Shown here: piece after piece, positions 1 through 8,329 of the stretch
Layout: every line of letters starts with the position of its first letter
Position numbering within the stretch: position 1 is the first letter of the stretch
Source of the DNA: a virus
Taxonomy: Duplodnaviria; Caudoviricetes
Direction: 5' to 3' (one strand)
DNA: 51,599 bases
IMG/VR virus record: IMGVR_UViG_3300048079_000024
Coordinates: 1-51,599 of that record
The notes under the pieces: generated by a model
What the model saw: the letters and a program-made list of their open reading frames with translations, nothing else
Database searches by the model: none
Told to the model about the DNA's origin: nothing
Position numbers and translations under genes: made by a program

Positions 1-203
1 GAGCGATGCACAGGTGTTGACCGTGATCGTGCTGCTGTACGTCGCGGTGTCAATGCTGGCAAATCTTCGGTAGCAGCAGCAGAGAAGATGCACAGGGGCA
101 GACCATCGCCCTTGTGCATTTTTTTTTATTTGCGTCCCTGTTACTGTGATCGTTGCCACGAGCGAGGGGGCAGGCCCCCCCAGGCGTGCGCGAGAACCGG
201 ACG
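1..203 (+). repeat. Terminal direct repeat, left copy
   Basis: Identical to 51396-51599 except T9 versus T10 in the terminator T-run. Confidence 0.97.
88..127 (+). terminator. Rho-independent terminator (within terminal repeat)
   Basis: ATGCACAGGGGC-8 nt loop-GCCCTTGTGCAT stem (one G:U pair), followed by a T-run. Confidence 0.9.
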
Positions 204-318
204 AAGTGCCTCCTATATCCGCGCTATATTTTTTCCGAAGCTGTCTGATGGGTGTGACGGATGCGACTGTCGAACGAAGGGTTCGATATATCAAACGATT
301 CGTCTGATGGAGGCCACC

Positions 319-350
319 CCTTGACACGCAACTTCGCAACCTGCTACTCT
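319..350 (+). promoter_or_regulatory. Putative late-arm promoter, sigma70-like
   Basis: TTGACA (321-326), N18, TACTCT preceded by TGn. A related copy lies at 3616-3647. Confidence 0.6.
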
Positions 351-461
351 CTACCCGACCAATGCTAGGGCTCCCCGCCCCGGCAAAGGTGCTCTAGGGA
401 TGCAGCCCTCACGTGAGGGTCGGGCCTCCAACGCGGGGGTTGCATCCTGGACTCATACTCG

Positions 462-587
462 ATGGAGGCACGGGTGGATCTGTGGAGCAAGCAGCACGAG
501 GGTAAGTGGGTCGAGTGTAAGAAGTGCCACATACGGTACTGCTCGGAGTGCTACGCGAGATGCCCGCAATGCGCTGAGGGTGGGTGA
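462..587 (+). CDS. 41-aa Cys-rich micro-protein (3 x CxxC)
   Basis: Manual translation MEARVDLWSKQHEGKWVECKKCHIRYCSECYARCPQCAEGG; TGATG overlap with the next ORF. Confidence 0.55.
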   Translation: MEARVDLWSKQHEGKWVECKKCHIRYCSECYARCPQCAEGG

Positions 588-667
588 TGGGAGCAGCAGT
601 ATCGATCGCGGTGATGTTGATTGTCACGCTCACGTTCATGGTCGTCGCGCGGAGGAGGGGAGACTGA
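587..667 (+). CDS. 26-aa single-TM micro-protein
   Basis: MGAAVSIAVMLIVTLTFMVVARRRGD; TGATG overlaps at both ends. Confidence 0.5.
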   Translation: MGAAVSIAVMLIVTLTFMVVARRRGD

Positions 668-1155
668 TGGCGTTCGCCGGAACGAAGCTCGCCCCCCGGC
701 ACATCCTCATGGCCTACATGCGCGCCAGCGGCGTCAAGCAGGTGGAGACCGCCCGTCGCTTGGGGATGAGCCCGAATGCAGTCTACATGATCTGCTCATC
801 CCCCTTGTTCCAGCTCCAGGTGCAAGAGATTCAGAAGCAGATCCGCGACGGGGCCGTGGAAGATGTGCTGGACCTCATTCGGCTCGAAGGCCCCGCTTCC
901 GTGCGGACACTCGTGGAGTGGCGCGATCAAGTTGACGAGCCTGCGGTCAGCCTCAACGCGGCGAACTCCCTCCTCGATCGCGGGGCTGCCCCGAAGAAGC
1001 ATCAGGTCGAGGAGGACCGCACGCTGCGGATTGTGATCGGGCGCGAGGAGTCAGAGGTGATGCGTGCCATCGTCAAGGAAGCCGGGTTCGCGATCGATGT
1101 GACGCCGCGCGGGCGATTGCTCGCAATGGTGCCAGACGAGGAGGACGGCGCGTGA
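667..1155 (+). CDS. Putative terminase small subunit (N-terminal HTH)
   Basis: GGAGGAGG RBS before ATG 667; HTH-like QVETARRLGMSPNAVY; TerS-like 'AANSLLDRG'; lies upstream of TerL. Confidence 0.7.
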   Translation: MAFAGTKLAPRHILMAYMRASGVKQVETARRLGMSPNAVYMICSSPLFQLQVQEIQKQIRDGAVEDVLDLIRLEGPASVRTLVEWRDQVDEPAVSLNAANSLLDRGAAPKKHQVEEDRTLRIVIGREESEVMRAIVKEAGFAIDVTPRGRLLAMVPDEEDGA

Positions 1156-1182
1156 TAGTAAACCTAAAAGGAGGGAAGGATC

Positions 1183-1530
1183 ATGGCGTACAAGAGTAAC
1201 CCAGCAAAGGGCAAGCCGTCCGAGACATTCTTTTTTCGCAAGGGTGCAACGCATGAGGAGACCAGGGCGCTCCAGCTCACCGATGCCGAGTTTGAAGCTT
1301 TCCGCGCCAACGAAGAGGCTCTGTCGATCGGTGAGCGGGGGCTAGGTAATCAAGTGCTCACCGTGGGCATGGACTGGGAGCACATGCTGTCCACGCTTCC
1401 CTTCGATCTGTCCACGGCTGACCCCGTGTTGCTGGCAGCATTCGAGCGGCTCGGGAAAGCTACCCTCACGCTGTCAGATCAGATCCGGGTGAAGTTCAAT
1501 CAGCCGATTGATCCTGGGTTTGGTGGTTAG
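1183..1530 (+). CDS. Hypothetical protein
   Basis: Strong RBS (AAGGAGGGAAGGA); 115 aa; fits gene tiling. Confidence 0.75.
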   Translation: MAYKSNPAKGKPSETFFFRKGATHEETRALQLTDAEFEAFRANEEALSIGERGLGNQVLTVGMDWEHMLSTLPFDLSTADPVLLAAFERLGKATLTLSDQIRVKFNQPIDPGFGG

Positions 1531-1544
1531 GGGCAGAGTGACAG

Positions 1545-2720
1545 ATGAGCGTCCGTGAGTTCGTCGATGCGATTGCAAAGGGTGAGCTGGTCGAGGACGA
1601 GCTGCTCGTGGACCGCAAGACGGGTCTCGTCCGACAAGCGGGCACCGTCGATGGCGGGGATAGCAAGTTCATCCTGAAGTTCCGCGAGGCCGCTGAGCGA
1701 TCCCTGTACGTGTTTGCGAAGGCCGTGCTCGGGCTCGACCGGCTCACCCATCATTTACACTTGCCCGTCTGCCAACTGCTCACGCGCATCCCGCCCTATC
1801 GCAAGCTCGTGCTCCTGCCCCGCGATCACCTGAAGTCGAGCATCGTTGCGAAGGCTCTCCCCATCCACATCCTCATCCAGCCGAAGGAGAACAACATCTA
1901 CATCCCCAAGCTCGACGGGGCCTCGACGCGCATCCTGCTCTCGAATGAGACGGCCACGAACGCCGAGCACTTCCTGCGCTGGATTATGGCGAAGTTCGAG
2001 ACGAACAAGTTACTGCGGGCACTCTGGCCGCATCGGTGCTGGAACAACCCCCGCCGCGAATCGAAGAAGTGGCAGGAGAAGGAAATGATGATTCCGCGTG
2101 ATGAAGACTTCCCCGAAGCCAGCATCGAGACCATCGGCGTCGGGGGCGCGATCACCTCGCGGCATTACAATGTGCTCATCAAGGATGACTTGATCTCCAT
2201 TGAAGCCGCGAACTCCCCCGTTGTCATGCAGACCGCTGTGGAGTGGCACAAGGCATCGCGGGCGCTGATGGACGATCCTGATAAATCGCTGGAGTTCATC
2301 ATTGGCACACGCTGGGCGGTGTACGATCTGTACGAATACATCGAGCAGGAAGATCCCTCGGTGGAAGTCTACAAGCGAGCGGGTGTCGAGGATGGGGTCT
2401 CGATCTGGCCCGAGATGTTCTCCCTGGAGACCCACGCGCGCCTGCGAAAAGAGTTCGGGACGCTGTACCCGTTGTTGTATCTGAACAATGCCACAGACCC
2501 CGCGTTGACGGACTTCGACTTGGAGGAGATCCGCATCTTCAACGTCGAGGGAGACAAGATCACATTCGAGGAGACCGAGCAGGATTTGCTGCTGCACAAG
2601 GAACAGAACACGCCCGCGCAGTCCCCGGATCTCCCGCGCGGCACCGTGCTCACACGCGACACGTGGGGACAGATGATGGGACGAGGCAAGCAGGAATACT
2701 TGAGGCTCAAATATGGCTGA
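1545..2720 (+). CDS. Terminase large subunit, ATPase half
   Basis: Walker A-like LLPRDHLKSS, GVGGAITSRHYNVLIKDDLI (Walker B), coupling motif IIGTRW. Confidence 0.88.
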   Translation: MSVREFVDAIAKGELVEDELLVDRKTGLVRQAGTVDGGDSKFILKFREAAERSLYVFAKAVLGLDRLTHHLHLPVCQLLTRIPPYRKLVLLPRDHLKSSIVAKALPIHILIQPKENNIYIPKLDGASTRILLSNETATNAEHFLRWIMAKFETNKLLRALWPHRCWNNPRRESKKWQEKEMMIPRDEDFPEASIETIGVGGAITSRHYNVLIKDDLISIEAANSPVVMQTAVEWHKASRALMDDPDKSLEFIIGTRWAVYDLYEYIEQEDPSVEVYKRAGVEDGVSIWPEMFSLETHARLRKEFGTLYPLLYLNNATDPALTDFDLEEIRIFNVEGDKITFEETEQDLLLHKEQNTPAQSPDLPRGTVLTRDTWGQMMGRGKQEYLRLKYG

Positions 2721-3351
2721 GCTAGACCTGAGCCTCTTGAGCACGTGCTATGCCTTCTGTGACCCAGCGGGAAAGAGAAAGCCGGGCGAGACCCTCAAGC
2801 GGGTGCGGGCACGTTCCGCCATCATCGTCGTGGCCCCCGATCACCTGTCGCGCATTTTCGTGTTGTATGCTTGGGCCAAACGCTGCTCGACGGACGAGAT
2901 GATCGAGCAGATCTTCGAGACCCAGGAGCGATTTCGCCCCCGGATCTTCGGGGTCGAGGCGAACGCGATGCAGTCCTTGTTCGCCGATGCGATTCGCCGC
3001 GAGTCCCGGATGCTCCAGAAGCGCATTGCTCTGCTCCCCGTCACACAGCCCACCGGCATCGATAAAGACTTTCGCATTCGGGCCGCACTCCAGCCGGTCA
3101 TCGCCTGGGGGCGTCTCTTCATCCAGGAGCACCAGACGGATCTGCTGCATGAGCTGACCTCGTTCCCGATGTCTGCGACCAAGGATCTCGTGGATGCGTT
3201 GGCGAGTGCGATCGCTCTCGTGCCGCAGAAGCCCACGCGCCGCCAGCATGACGAGGAGATCCAGAAGCTCGCTGCGTACTTGCGGAACTCGGGTGCGCCT
3301 GCGGCGTACATCGAGCAGCGAATCTCCGAACTCGCACTGAGGAAGAACTGA
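2713..3351 (+). CDS. Terminase large subunit, RNase H-like nuclease half
   Basis: FCDPAG, GVEANAMQ, K..RI, ELTSFP..KDLVDALA motifs; own GAGG RBS. Confidence 0.88.
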   Translation: MAELDLSLLSTCYAFCDPAGKRKPGETLKRVRARSAIIVVAPDHLSRIFVLYAWAKRCSTDEMIEQIFETQERFRPRIFGVEANAMQSLFADAIRRESRMLQKRIALLPVTQPTGIDKDFRIRAALQPVIAWGRLFIQEHQTDLLHELTSFPMSATKDLVDALASAIALVPQKPTRRQHDEEIQKLAAYLRNSGAPAAYIEQRISELALRKN

Positions 3352-3621
3352 ATGATTGAGTGGTTCCAGCTTGCTGTTGCCATCTTGAGTTTGATTGCAA
3401 TGGCGGTCGTCCTCCCACTGTATAATTCGATGCGGCGGCTTCGGTCGAACGAGATCCACGCACTCCAGGGAGACATCGCAGCACTCAAGCAGGATCTCGT
3501 CCGTATCGAGGCAACCCTCCATGAGCGGGTGGACGGGATCGTTCACCGCCTCGATACACACATCCAGTGGCATCTCAATCAAGCGATGAAGGGCAATCCT
3601 TCCACGCAGGAAGGCCCTTGA
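3352..3621 (+). CDS. Membrane protein with N-terminal TM helix and coiled coil (holin/antiholin-like)
   Basis: Hydrophobic N-terminus followed by heptad-like region; abuts the TerL stop. Confidence 0.6.
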   Translation: MIEWFQLAVAILSLIAMAVVLPLYNSMRRLRSNEIHALQGDIAALKQDLVRIEATLHERVDGIVHRLDTHIQWHLNQAMKGNPSTQEGP

Positions 3622-3647
3622 CGTGCAACGATAGAACGTGCCACACT
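3616..3647 (+). promoter_or_regulatory. Putative late promoter, second copy
   Basis: CCTTGACgtGCAACgatagAACgTGCcACaCT aligns with 319-350; lies mostly in an intergenic gap. Confidence 0.5.
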
Positions 3648-3686
3648 AGCAGCGACCATTAACCCTTCACCGTAGAGGAGATAGAC

Positions 3687-3854
3687 ATGGCAGATCGTGA
3701 AGCAGGACTCGCACGGGCCAAGTCCAAGGAGATGTCGAACCAGCCACAGGGACGGTCGGGCAGCGGCACGCAGAAGAACAAGGGGCCGGTTAAGTCCGCG
3801 CAGGGCAACCCCACGCGCTCGGGTGGGATCAACCGTCCGACAAAATCGGGGTAA
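3687..3854 (+). CDS. 55-aa basic disordered protein
   Basis: GAGGAG RBS; MADREAGLARAKSKEMSNQPQGRSGSG...; below the ORF-track cutoff. Confidence 0.7.
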   Translation: MADREAGLARAKSKEMSNQPQGRSGSGTQKNKGPVKSAQGNPTRSGGINRPTKSG

Positions 3855-3860
3855 CAAGCC

Positions 3861-4286
3861 ATGATTCGATTGTGGCTTGCTGTATCTATTCTCGTTCTTG
3901 CCCTCTCCGCCAGCCCGCTGCTTGCCCAACCCCCGAGTATTGGCGGAGGACTCGTTGACGAAGTTGGCGTGTGGCGACCTGTCCAGCGATCTTTCGCGGA
4001 TGCGACCATTCTCGGGGATACCGAGATCGTCGCAGCGCAGGGGGCGGGCGTCCGCATCCGCGTGCTCGGTATCCATTGCCAATCGCTACTCGCGGTTACG
4101 TTGAAGCTCAAGAGCGCAGGAGCTAACATCATCAGTGCCGCGTTCGCGGTTGGGGCCGCCGGGAGTCTGTCAATGTCGTACAACCCGCACGGGTGGTTTC
4201 AGACGAACGCAAACGAAGCCCTGAACCTGAACCAGAGTGCCGCCGTGAATACGGGATGCCAGGTTGTGTGGGTGAGGGCAGCATAG
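3861..4286 (+). CDS. Putative virion/secreted beta-rich protein with signal-peptide-like N-terminus
   Basis: MIRLWLAVSILVLALSASPLLAQ followed by a beta-rich domain. Confidence 0.65.
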   Translation: MIRLWLAVSILVLALSASPLLAQPPSIGGGLVDEVGVWRPVQRSFADATILGDTEIVAAQGAGVRIRVLGIHCQSLLAVTLKLKSAGANIISAAFAVGAAGSLSMSYNPHGWFQTNANEALNLNQSAAVNTGCQVVWVRAA

Positions 4287-4287
4287 A

Positions 4288-4626
4288 ATGATCCGGTTGA
4301 AGGAAGGCGTCCGCGTCCACGGTATTCAGCCGGAGATTGTGCTCGCCATCGCGGTCGCCCGTGATGTCTGGCTCCGGCACAGTGCGGACGAGCTGGTGAT
4401 TACCAGCGTCACCGATGGCGTGCATAAGCGGGCGAGTTTTCACTACAGCGGCAATGCTGTGGATTTCCGGGTGCATAACTTGCCCGCTGTCTACCGTGCC
4501 GCTGCCGTCGTCGAACTGAAGGAGAGACTCGGGCCAGACTACGATGTGATTCACGAGTCGGCAGGACAGCCGAACGAACACGTCCACGTTGAGTTTGAAC
4601 CGAAGGAGCCATACCGTGCCGGTTAA
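4288..4626 (+). CDS. Peptidase M15-like (Zn DD-peptidase fold) endolysin
   Basis: VITS..DG.H...SFHYSGNAVDFR ... HVHVEF (H-x6-D and HxH Zn ligands). Confidence 0.8.
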   Translation: MIRLKEGVRVHGIQPEIVLAIAVARDVWLRHSADELVITSVTDGVHKRASFHYSGNAVDFRVHNLPAVYRAAAVVELKERLGPDYDVIHESAGQPNEHVHVEFEPKEPYRAG

Positions 4627-4804
4627 GGTTCGGAAGGCGAATGGCTACCGAGTGAGCACGCCGCACGGAACGAAGGCAAAGTCTACCTCGAAGAAGAAAG
4701 CGATGGCGCAGAAACGGCTGCTGAATGCTGTCGAGCATGGGTTCAAACCAACGGGCAAGCGTCGCGGTCGCCGCGCGCGCACCCGCCGTGTGAGGTCGAG
4801 CTGA
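4616..4804 (+). CDS. Small highly basic protein
   Basis: AAGGAG RBS then GTG 4616; K/R-rich, 62 aa. Confidence 0.65.
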   Translation: MPVKVRKANGYRVSTPHGTKAKSTSKKKAMAQKRLLNAVEHGFKPTGKRRGRRARTRRVRSS

Positions 4805-5506
4805 TTGGCAACCGTCAGCGAACTCGGCGAGACGTGGAACACGACGGCGGGTAATAAAACTGTCGCAGCAACACCCGCTGTTGATGACCTTATCGTTGTC
4901 GTCCACGGCATGTCGGGATTCGCTGGCGGCGATACCAGTGTTATTACTGATGACCAGGGAGGCACGTACACGCAGATCGGGGCGAACCCGCTCTCCTCGG
5001 GAGGCGGTACTGCCTGTGCTCTCTGGATTTCGATTCGTAATGCTTTAATTGCCTCTGCTGTTTCAACAATTTTTACAGCAACGAATGTTGGAGATACCGG
5101 CGGCGGGTTGACTGTCCTGAAAGTCACGGGCATGACCCGAGCGGGCGGAAATGCAGCAAGGCAAAGTGTTGGAGAGAGCACACAAACCGAGAGCCCCGTT
5201 GTCTGCACGTTTCCTGCTGCCCCGCTCACAGCGAATCCCTGCATCGCTGGCGTATTCGGGGAGGACAATCCTGCGGCCCTTGGTGCGCCGACAAGCTGGA
5301 CAGAGACGACTGATACCGGGTGGGCAACCCCTGCTACGGGTATTTGGGTTGGCTTTAGAAGTTCGGGTGAAACGAGTGCGGCAATTACTTGGGCCTCTGG
5401 CGCATTCATTGACCACAATGAGGGCATGGTGGAACTGGACACATCGGTTGATCCAGTAGAGCTGCGGGCTGCAATTAAGCCACAGTTCTACGCGCATCAA
5501 TACTGA
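4805..5506 (+). CDS. Putative virion accessory/fibre domain protein (T/A/G/S-rich)
   Basis: 233 aa, beta-rich composition; similar in style to 6534-7196. Confidence 0.65.
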   Translation: MATVSELGETWNTTAGNKTVAATPAVDDLIVVVHGMSGFAGGDTSVITDDQGGTYTQIGANPLSSGGGTACALWISIRNALIASAVSTIFTATNVGDTGGGLTVLKVTGMTRAGGNAARQSVGESTQTESPVVCTFPAAPLTANPCIAGVFGEDNPAALGAPTSWTETTDTGWATPATGIWVGFRSSGETSAAITWASGAFIDHNEGMVELDTSVDPVELRAAIKPQFYAHQY

Positions 5507-5507
5507 G

Positions 5508-6533
5508 ATGAAAACAACATACACACTCCAGCACGGCCTGTGGCTCCCTAAGCGGCAACTGAGGCGAGGGTTCGGAGACGTGGTGGCATCCCTCACAAAG
5601 CGATTGAGCGTTACGGAGTGCGGAGGATGTTCACGCCGCCGAGCTACGCTGAATCGGTGGTTTCCATCCTTGGAGCCGTTTGCGCCTCCATCAGCGCAAA
5701 GAGGGTTTGCCGATGGCCCCGTTAGGCTTTTTGGTTCTAAAGTACGAACGGGATCAGGCGGAGCCGGTGCCGGAGGGGGCGGCGGTCCTGCTCTTGCAAA
5801 CTGCTGCCCAGGTGTCGGCGGAGGATGTCCAGGCAGCAACCCAAGTTACGTTCTACTGCGAGACAACTTCGACGATGTTGGTGGTTTCAGCGAGGACTGC
5901 TGGGCTGGTGGACTATGGAAGGAACCGACGCGGTGGACACAGGAAACAACCATCGTTGCTCAAGGGACGGGTTCGCTCCGGCTGGAGTACGCGGCAAATA
6001 GCACCGGACCCGGATTTGAGCAGGCCGATGATTATGCGGCCAATCGTGAAGTCTATGTCGCGTACAAGGAGCGTCTTTCGAGTGGATGGCAGGTAAGCGG
6101 TGTGGGTCAGAAAGGGATGAAGAACTTTGCAACTGGTGTTACGGAGAATCAGATTGAGATGCGCATGTCCCTTTTCGGTAATGGCTATCATTTCAATACT
6201 GAATCTGGTATCTCGCCGGAGCTGACCTCACCCAAGACGGTCAAAATGTGGTTGCCAGATAACACCTGGGTCTGCATCGAGGGGCGCATGAAGTGGAACA
6301 CAGCTGGGCAGTCTAACGGTGAGTGGCAAATGTGGAACGACGGAGTATCCCAATTCACGGAGACTGGCCTAAACTTTACAGATGATTCACGGCTGATGAC
6401 GGCTATTATGATTAGTGCCTACTACAACCAGCAAGACCCATGCACGGAAGCAAGCCCGTGTGCGCCAGCAGCGATCCAGTATCGTTACATCGACGATCTC
6501 ACGGTGAGTACGCAGCGAGTGGGGTGTACCTAG
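5508..6533 (+). CDS. Polysaccharide-lyase/ConA-like jelly-roll protein with Cys-containing N-terminal extension
   Basis: GSLRLEY, VYVAY, WVCIEGRMKWNT.GQSNGEWQMWNDG, YIDDLTVS motifs; Gly-rich linker. Confidence 0.6.
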   Translation: MKTTYTLQHGLWLPKRQLRRGFGDVVASLTKRLSVTECGGCSRRRATLNRWFPSLEPFAPPSAQRGFADGPVRLFGSKVRTGSGGAGAGGGGGPALANCCPGVGGGCPGSNPSYVLLRDNFDDVGGFSEDCWAGGLWKEPTRWTQETTIVAQGTGSLRLEYAANSTGPGFEQADDYAANREVYVAYKERLSSGWQVSGVGQKGMKNFATGVTENQIEMRMSLFGNGYHFNTESGISPELTSPKTVKMWLPDNTWVCIEGRMKWNTAGQSNGEWQMWNDGVSQFTETGLNFTDDSRLMTAIMISAYYNQQDPCTEASPCAPAAIQYRYIDDLTVSTQRVGCT

Positions 6534-7196
6534 ATGGCATTCCCAGTTGTTGACTCGCGAGCTTTATCACAGACCACACCCGCCAATACTTCCCATGTGG
6601 TGACGCTGCCATCTGGATCGGGCGGTATCGTCATCATAGCGGCAGGGTTCAACGGAGAAGGCGGGCTGCCGGTTATTACATGGCCCGGCAGTATGACCGA
6701 GTTCTACACAGGCACCAATGTATTCATCAAACATGCTGGGGCCTATGGCACTCCGGGTGGAAGCAGCATCACAATTACTACGGACTTGAGTATCAAAGCC
6801 GCTTTCATCGCATGGCGTATTTCCGGGGCCGAAAACCCGGCAACACAACCGCCCGAGGCTGGCCTTGCAACTGGTACGAGCACCACGCCCGATCCTCCAA
6901 GCCTGAGTCCTACTGGGGGCGCAAAGGACTACCTATGGATTGCTGCGACTGCTGGTGTAAGCGGTCAGGATGTTACGGCGGCTCCTGCGAGCTACACGGA
7001 CTTTCAGGATTCTACTACTGGAATAGCAGGCGACGACGTTACGACAGCCAGCGGCGAAAGATCCCTGAATGCGGCCTCCGAAGATCCGGGCACTTTTACT
7101 GCCGTTGATTCAGAGCGTTGGGTCGCAGCAACCATTGCCGTGCATCCATCACCGGCAGTCGCCGTAGAACTCCTCGGCGCGATGGTCACGGGCTGA
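6534..7196 (+). CDS. Putative virion accessory/fibre domain protein
   Basis: 220 aa, T/S/A/P-rich; PDPPSL.P...DYLWIA...EDPGTFT. Confidence 0.65.
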   Translation: MAFPVVDSRALSQTTPANTSHVVTLPSGSGGIVIIAAGFNGEGGLPVITWPGSMTEFYTGTNVFIKHAGAYGTPGGSSITITTDLSIKAAFIAWRISGAENPATQPPEAGLATGTSTTPDPPSLSPTGGAKDYLWIAATAGVSGQDVTAAPASYTDFQDSTTGIAGDDVTTASGERSLNAASEDPGTFTAVDSERWVAATIAVHPSPAVAVELLGAMVTG

Positions 7197-7468
7197 TGGG
7201 ACATCTCATTTGCTGGGATGAAGGCGGCGGTAGCAAGCACACACGCGAGTACGATACGGTCTCATGCTCGCACTGTCAGAAGGTGATGGAGAAGAAACGG
7301 TGGAAGGCAGTCGGGCACTGGTGCTTCGTGTGCGGGAAGCCTGCGTGCGGTGAGGACAATCCTGCGTGCCATATCAAGTCACTGAAAGGCTGCGTCCCGT
7401 TTATGAAGAAGGTTGAGCAGGAGTTGGCGCGGAGTCGGTTCTATATCGAGGCTGGGGGGGTACGGTGA
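7196..7468 (+). CDS. Zn-finger-like protein
   Basis: TGATG-coupled start at 7196; CSHC, CFVC and further Cys residues. Confidence 0.7.
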   Translation: MGHLICWDEGGGSKHTREYDTVSCSHCQKVMEKKRWKAVGHWCFVCGKPACGEDNPACHIKSLKGCVPFMKKVEQELARSRFYIEAGGVR

Positions 7469-7590
7469 ACATAGTTGTTGGTCTTTATTTTTGCCTGGTG
7501 ATCCTCTACATCGTTTTTGCGGTTCGCCTTTGGAGGGAACAGGATAGGCTTATGAGAAAGATGGATAAGATTGAGCGGCGTCATGTATAA
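7465..7590 (+). CDS. 41-aa single-TM protein
   Basis: GTGA overlap; MNIVVGLYFCLVILYIVFAVRLWREQ... Confidence 0.55.
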   Translation: MNIVVGLYFCLVILYIVFAVRLWREQDRLMRKMDKIERRHV

Positions 7591-8026
7591 GCGCATTGGC
7601 ACCTACAAAGGCGACGTGGATTTTCTGTTGTCCCAGGCAAGCCGCGTGGGAATGCACCCGAGTGGCAGCGGCTACACATGCAGTCCTCGGGATCAGACAA
7701 AGGAGTTGTATCTGCCGCTCGTCAAAGATGTGTTCCCCGGCAACTGCACCGGCTTGTTCCTCGCGATCATCTGGCCGCAGGGAAACATTCCGCCGCACGG
7801 CGCAAGTGGCATTGGCGAGGTCATCGCAGACGGCTCGATGCGTTATCATCTCATTCTCAAGACGAACCCGAAGTGCTGGAACATGCACGATGGCGACTGG
7901 CAGCAATTAGAGGAGCGCGGCATTTACGAGTTTGACCCGCGCAAGGTACACGCCTCAATCAACTGGGGCAAGGAGTGGCGGGTGCATCTCGTGGTGGACA
8001 TAGATGGAGGAATGAAGAATGGGTGA
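7583..8026 (+). CDS. Aspartyl/asparaginyl beta-hydroxylase-like Fe(II)/2OG oxygenase
   Basis: P.G.IPPH...RYHL.L.TN...G.IYEFD..KVHASIN.G...RVHLVVD cupin pattern. Confidence 0.8.
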   Translation: MYKRIGTYKGDVDFLLSQASRVGMHPSGSGYTCSPRDQTKELYLPLVKDVFPGNCTGLFLAIIWPQGNIPPHGASGIGEVIADGSMRYHLILKTNPKCWNMHDGDWQQLEERGIYEFDPRKVHASINWGKEWRVHLVVDIDGGMKNG

Positions 8027-8327
8027 AGTAAACCTGCATTGGTGTAGCTGCGGCGAACGCTGGGGCCACGGACAACTCGCAGACGTATTGGAGGCAGAGC
8101 GCCATCATGGGATGGGGCACAAGTGCTATGTGAGCGAGTTGGGGGCGTATCTCATCGGCAAGGGGGTCGTGCTGGAGGATGTGCCCCAGGTGAACGATCC
8201 CTCACGGCCACTAGACGAACAGAAGAAAGGAGGAGGAACAGTCGTCGAGTTCTTGTCGCATGTAGATGTGGAGGACATGATGCAGATTCACCAAGGAATT
8301 GAATCCATGAAGCGAGGAGGTGAGTAA
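8019..8327 (+). CDS. Hypothetical protein (Cys/His-containing)
   Basis: GGAGG RBS; overlap with the previous gene. Confidence 0.65.
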   Translation: MGEVNLHWCSCGERWGHGQLADVLEAERHHGMGHKCYVSELGAYLIGKGVVLEDVPQVNDPSRPLDEQKKGGGTVVEFLSHVDVEDMMQIHQGIESMKRGGE

Positions 8328-8329
8328 AC

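Noticed and set aside
400-666. N-terminal extension of the 251-aa ORF 400-1155
   Set aside because: Low-complexity translation; a strong RBS sits at ATG 667 and two coupled micro-ORFs explain the upstream sequence better.
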